The translations under genes and the position numbers were made by a program. 32,000 bases of DNA, from the NCBI GenBank assembly GCA_942493095.1, contig OW818675.1:960001-992000 (forward strand), read 5' to 3'. Positions 28,582 to 32,000 of this stretch are shown piece after piece. Source of the DNA: Candidatus Electronema halotolerans. Lineage in GTDB: Bacteria; Desulfobacterota; Desulfobulbia; Desulfobulbales; Desulfobulbaceae. The notes below the pieces were generated by a model, which was not told the origin of the DNA, made no database searches, and saw only the letters and a list, made by a program, of their open reading frames with translations. Each line of letters starts with the position of its first letter. The stretch's first letter is position 1.

Positions 28582-28609
28582 GAGGCTTGGCGGATGCCTG
28601 AGTAGTTAC
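28561..28609. repeat. 49-bp direct repeat, copy 1 (IS66 right end and start of transposase ORF)
   Basis: TTTACCTGTTGATTTTGTCAAGAGGCTTGGCGGATGCCTGAGTAGTTAC, identical to 28878..28926. Confidence 0.97.
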
Positions 28610-28610
28610 G

Positions 28611-28874
28611 ATTCAGTATCTGAATATCTATAACTGCAATATTCCTCAAAGAAACCTCGGCCATGTCACGCCGACAGAGGCACTTGACAAATGGAGAAAA
28701 ACACATCCTGATTTGTTTAAAAATCCGGAATGCAATCATCCGGGTCTTGACATGCAGTGTGATGTTCATGATGACAAACCGGGCTGTTCATGTTCTGACA
28801 ATATCTCGCTGATCCGCTCCCGCGCTCGGAACAACGGCCAGCTCCTTCTCGGTATATTATCATACGGGGCTTGA
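28611..28874 (+). pseudogene. C-terminal remnant of an IS481/integrase-core-type transposase
   Basis: Plus-strand translation ...YLNIYNCNIPQRNLGHVTPTEALDKWRKTHPDLFKNPECNHPGLDMQCDVHDDKPGCSCSDNISLIRSRARNNGQLLLGILSYGA*, with the typical C-terminal transposase NIPQR.LGHVTP.EAL.KW motif. Confidence 0.6.
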
Positions 28875-28877
28875 CAG

Positions 28878-28926
28878 TTTACCTGTTGATTTTGTCAAGA
28901 GGCTTGGCGGATGCCTGAGTAGTTAC
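28878..28926. repeat. 49-bp direct repeat, copy 2
   Basis: Identical to 28561..28609. Confidence 0.97.
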
Positions 28927-29110
28927 AACTGCGGATTCAATTGCAAAATGCCATTTGACAAATGTTCGAGGGAGGAATACAATATTTAAAATCAGATTGT
29001 CTCTGCGGCTGCAGCAGATAATTTTAACAACTGGAACCAAGTTGAGGAGAGATGTTATGAATCAGAATTACAAGGAAAAATCAAAATGCATGGTATTGAA
29101 AGGAGAGAAA

Positions 29111-29611
29111 ATGAAAAGAAACATCTCGTATGTTTTTTCCGCTTGCTGCATATTCTTTTTTACAGCGTTGATTGCGCCTCTTGCTGATGCGAAATCAGAA
29201 ATTATTAGTGCTAAGGTTGTTGATTATGGAATTATTGAGCTTCAGACGACGGCATCTACTGAACAGCCTGATGATGTAATAATCAATCAATTAGCCACTT
29301 CTACAGAGAGAATACCTGCCAAGATCGGGACAAGTTTCGGAATCATTTTTAAAGTAGATGGTCCTCCTGATGGAGAATTTATCGACCTGACTGCAAATTG
29401 GCTATTTCAAAAAGATGGTGTCAAAAATCCTGAAAGTGGAGAATTTTTACATCAGGCTACAGTACCTTTTAAAGCTAATATCGGCAAGCTGTCTTTGCAA
29501 TATGCAACTTTTGACTCTGCGAATGACTTGGTTCCTGGCAATTGGGTAATTGAAATATGGCATCAAGAAAGAAAACTCTGTGAGAAAAAATTCGAAGTGT
29601 ATATGCCCTGA
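29111..29611 (+). CDS. Secreted/periplasmic DUF3859-like protein
   Basis: AAAGGAG 5' of ATG at 29111; signal peptide MKRNISYVFSACCIFFFTALIAPLADA; VDYGI...IPAKIGTSFGIIFKVDG...LVPGNWVIEIWHQERKLCEKKFEV. Confidence 0.7.
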   Translation: MKRNISYVFSACCIFFFTALIAPLADAKSEIISAKVVDYGIIELQTTASTEQPDDVIINQLATSTERIPAKIGTSFGIIFKVDGPPDGEFIDLTANWLFQKDGVKNPESGEFLHQATVPFKANIGKLSLQYATFDSANDLVPGNWVIEIWHQERKLCEKKFEVYMP

Positions 29612-29688
29612 TGCTAAAAGTCGCGTCGCTCTTCGATGAACCGGATGGAATCTACTGATTGCCCTGTCTTGCAGGCGGCTTGTTGTGA

Positions 29689-29722
29689 AGGGTGCGCCCC
29701 GCGCACCCTGTTTTTTCTTTTT
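29689..29722 (+). terminator. Rho-independent terminator
   Basis: AGGGTGCGC-CCC-GCGCACCCT (9-bp stem) followed by GTTTTTTCTTTTT. Confidence 0.85.
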
Positions 29723-29827
29723 CCATTCCATCCTCTCTTCCTAAAAAAACTGCTTGCCTTTTCACCTCTAATGCCATCCTACAGTAGAATTTCAACAGCA
29801 AAAAATGAACTCAGCTCTGCTAAAAGG

Positions 29828-29856
29828 TTGACACCTTATGCGGGGGTGGGTAATAA
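29828..29856 (+). promoter_or_regulatory. Sigma-70-like promoter upstream of small-ORF array
   Basis: TTGACA-N17-TAATAA, about 60 nt upstream of the first small ORF (ATG 29919). Confidence 0.55.
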
Positions 29857-29918
29857 TTAATTGATTTCAGTGACGGGCGCAGCAATTCATCAATTGACCC
29901 TAAAAAAGAAGAAACATC

Positions 29919-30047
29919 ATGAAACGCAACACCAGCAGAAAGACAGACCGCAAGACTCTTGCCCGGAAGACCGACACGAAAGGGAAAAATTTTCCGGTCT
30001 CGATTCGCAGCGATATTAAAGCAGGAATAGCAATGGCCATTATATGA
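29919..30047 (+). CDS. Small basic peptide A of a paralogous array (42 aa)
   Basis: MKRNTSRKTDRKTLARKTDTKGKNFPVSIRSDIKAGIAMAII; first 38 nt identical to small ORF C. Confidence 0.6.
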   Translation: MKRNTSRKTDRKTLARKTDTKGKNFPVSIRSDIKAGIAMAII

Positions 30048-30170
30048 AAGAGAGGTTCCGGTTCAGTTTCATTGCCAACTGAGCCGGATTCAGGAAAAGA
30101 GTCAGTTTATACTGAACAATACGTCCGGTCAGAACACCGAAAACAGTCAATCCATAAAGGGAGAATCGTT

Positions 30171-30293
30171 ATGAAAGATCGCACCAAAAAGACAGACCGC
30201 AAGACCGTTGCAGCGCAGAAGAACGAGAATAAAAACCGAAAGGGCCTTCGTACCGGTGTGAAAGCAGGAAAAATTGGCTGGCAGCCCGTTTAA
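30171..30293 (+). CDS. Small basic peptide B of a paralogous array (40 aa)
   Basis: MKDRTKKTDRKTVAAQKNENKNRKGLRTGVKAGKIGWQPV; AAAGGGAG ribosome-binding site; stop codon inside the IS66 target duplication. Confidence 0.7.
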   Translation: MKDRTKKTDRKTVAAQKNENKNRKGLRTGVKAGKIGWQPV

Positions 30294-30295
30294 AC

Positions 30296-31781
30296 GTAAG
30301 CGATCACAGGGTACCGCTCAGACCCAGCTTAAATCCGGCATCTGTCCTCTGAAATAGCAGCGCATGGCCTCGGTGAGCACCTCGAAAGTGGATTTTCCCC
30401 GAAGCAGGCATGTCTGCCGGAGGGAAAGGATTCGTTCAACCCAGCGGTTTCCCTTGTCGCTGTCAGTGCCCTGACTCCGTTTGCGCCACAGCACGCCGAA
30501 GCGGAGCATCCGTTCCGCTGGATTATTTGTCGGCTCTACGCCTTCTTCGAGCAAGAAAGTGAACAACGCCTCCATTTCCTTGTCAATATGACGGACAAAC
30601 CTCCCCGCATCACTGTCGCAATCGCGCCAGCGTAGGATAAGTCGGCAGAGCCGGGCATAAAATGCGGACCATTCACCTTTGGTCGGCGGGTCTTTCGCCA
30701 TGCGGCAGAGCCGCCGCAGTTCCGCAGCGGCCCATTTGCCGCAGGCGGCCAGTTCAGGGTCAGCGCGCTCCGCAAGGCCGTCTGCCCGGCGGATAAGATG
30801 CGCGAGGCAAGTCTGCCGCTTGCCGACCCATTTTTGGTACACGTTGTATCCGTCGCTGATGAGAATACCGTTCCAAGCACCGATCAGTTCTTCAAAGGCT
30901 TCCTTAGAGCGTTTCGGATGAATCATGAAGAACGCGGCCTGCCGGTTCGCCATAACCCATAACCAGCGCAGCCTGCCGCCAGTTTTCCACGTTGTTTCAT
31001 CAACATGTCCGATATCCCCGCTTGTGACGGCAGCCCGGACGGCCTCATAGTGCGGCGCGACAGCCGCCGAAGCCCGGTCAATGATCTTCTGCACCGCCCC
31101 GGCGCTGATAGGAACGCCGAGCACGGAACGGATGAATTTCCGCACAGTTCCCCGGCTGCTGCCGTCCATGCCGCTCAGTTCGGCAACCAGCGCGGTGAAC
31201 CGCGCCCCGAAACCGGTTCTGAATTCATCGGGAACACAGCCTCTGACGGTTTTGCCGCAGGCGGCGCATTCCCCTTTATAAAGAAGGAAATGCCTGACCT
31301 GCATCACGATTTCCGGCAGTTCAATATGCTGATGCGTATAATATGACCGTATGTTTTTGAATTTGCCGCAACCGCAGGAGCAGGCGGAAGGATACATTTT
31401 TTGCGTTTCTGTCGGCGGCATCAGCTCCTGACGATATCCACGCCGCTTTTTCCGGGGCTTCCCCGCCTGATCTCTCTGCCGTTTTTCTGTAAACGGAGAG
31501 TCGGAAGAAGGCGGCCTGTTCGAGTTCGAGGAATCTTCGCCGAGTTTCGCCTCAAGCTCTTCGACCCGTTTTCTCAGCCGCGTTACCTCAGCGATCAAAA
31601 AAGACAGCAGCTTCCGCACCGCAGGAGGTGTAGCGGCAAGGTCTTCCTCGCTTATCTCAAAATTTTCACGATGGAACGGGGCGGTCACAGCTTTCTCCTG
31701 CGGAAAAAATTACTGCTCACAATTTATCCAGTTGCGATGCCAAGCGCCAGTGTTTTTTAGAGACACCCTGTGATCAGTTAC
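30296..31781 (-). mobile_element. Complete IS66-family insertion sequence (single-ORF type), 1486 bp
   Basis: Inverted ends GTAAGCGATCACAGGGTACC / (rc) GTAACTGATCACAGGGTGTC, flanked by perfect 8-bp duplications GTTTAAAC at 30288-30295 and 31782-31789. Confidence 0.93.
30318..31688 (-). CDS. IS66-family transposase
   Basis: 456 aa; NSNRPPSSDSPFTEKR, RSYYTHQHIELP, GHVDETTWKTGGRLRWLWVMAN, NNPAERMLRFGVLWRKRSQGTDSDKGNRWVERIL. Confidence 0.93.
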   Translation of the reverse strand: MTAPFHRENFEISEEDLAATPPAVRKLLSFLIAEVTRLRKRVEELEAKLGEDSSNSNRPPSSDSPFTEKRQRDQAGKPRKKRRGYRQELMPPTETQKMYPSACSCGCGKFKNIRSYYTHQHIELPEIVMQVRHFLLYKGECAACGKTVRGCVPDEFRTGFGARFTALVAELSGMDGSSRGTVRKFIRSVLGVPISAGAVQKIIDRASAAVAPHYEAVRAAVTSGDIGHVDETTWKTGGRLRWLWVMANRQAAFFMIHPKRSKEAFEELIGAWNGILISDGYNVYQKWVGKRQTCLAHLIRRADGLAERADPELAACGKWAAAELRRLCRMAKDPPTKGEWSAFYARLCRLILRWRDCDSDAGRFVRHIDKEMEALFTFLLEEGVEPTNNPAERMLRFGVLWRKRSQGTDSDKGNRWVERILSLRQTCLLRGKSTFEVLTEAMRCYFRGQMPDLSWV

Positions 31782-31862
31782 GTTTAAACTCTCGCTCTTT
31801 TTCTCCTTGTGTCGGCTCTGCTCCGGCACAGGGCAACACAAACTCTGTTCATAAGGAACACT

Positions 31863-32000
31863 ATGAAACGCAACACCAGCAGAAAGACAGACCGCAAGAC
31901 CGTTGCAGCTCAGAAAAACAACAAAAATCGAAAAGGACTTACGACTGGGGTAAAAGCAGGTCGTTGGCCCCTCTTTATTCCTGTTTCCTTCGCTGGCCCT
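31863..32000 (+). CDS. Small basic peptide C of a paralogous array (open at window edge)
   Basis: MKRNTSRKTDRKTVAAQKNNKNRKGLTTGVKAGRWPLFIPVSFAGP...; AAGGAAC RBS; runs off the window. Confidence 0.65.
   Translation, partial: MKRNTSRKTDRKTVAAQKNNKNRKGLTTGVKAGRWPLFIPVSFAGP

Larger units (their letters stand above)
26906..28609 (-). mobile_element. IS66-family insertion sequence, disrupted
   Basis: Inverted ends GTAACTACTCAG (26906..) and CTGAGTAGTTAC (..28609) flank an IS66-type transposase; no matching 8-bp target duplications seen. Confidence 0.75.

Noticed and set aside
28578-28769. 63-aa minus-strand ORF upstream of the IS66 transposase
   Set aside because: Antisense to the IS481-like remnant which has recognisable motifs; unlikely to be real.
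30072-30170. N-terminal extension of small ORF B as given in the ORF track (73 aa)
   Set aside because: A strong AAAGGGAG ribosome-binding site precedes the ATG at 30171, and homology with small ORFs A and C starts exactly there.
26906-31781. Composite transposon formed by two IS66 elements carrying the DUF3859 gene
   Set aside because: The two IS66-type elements have different termini and clearly different transposases, and only the second has matching target duplications, so cooperative mobilisation is not supported.

Overview
The window looks like a deltaproteobacterial-type chromosome segment (Desulfobulbales-like gene content; taxonomy is inference only). Most of it is ordinary core genes: a C-terminal carbohydrate-kinase/NnrD-like fragment, a degenerate hicBA pair, dgkA, a JAMM-like protein, a Glu/Leu dehydrogenase, an M24 peptidase, purB, an NnrU-like methyltransferase, a phosphomannomutase, a PLP decarboxylase, ntrY/ntrX-like genes, waaA, rsmI, ftsK, a YfcE-like phosphoesterase, efp, a flavodoxin-fold oxidoreductase, an HSDR_N-like protein and a long-form ilvC. 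Two accessory regions stand out. (1) A minus-strand island at about 15.34-20.49 kb looks like an unusual RiPP cluster. It contains a 58-aa Cys-rich candidate precursor with a YxxP leader motif, whose stop overlaps the start of a radical SAM/SPASM protein with a C-terminal PqqD-like domain. It also has an HPr-kinase-like P-loop kinase, an S24/S26-type peptidase with Cys in the nucleophile position, and a PF14907-like nucleotidyltransferase. A frameshifted VapBC-like pair sits inside the island, a Fur-like palindrome lies at its upstream edge and a 107-bp ftsK-derived fragment at its downstream edge. (2) A mobile-element-rich region at about 26.9-32 kb contains an IS66 element broken by a 99-bp MITE-like insertion, a 49-bp direct repeat flanking a remnant of a second transposase, a DUF3859-like secreted protein, and a tandem array of at least three tiny Lys/Arg-rich paralogous ORFs. 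Those ORFs have a conserved N-terminus, a conserved (V/I)KAG motif and divergent C-termini. A complete IS66-family element sits exactly at the stop codon of the second one. No rRNA, tRNA or CRISPR array was recognised.
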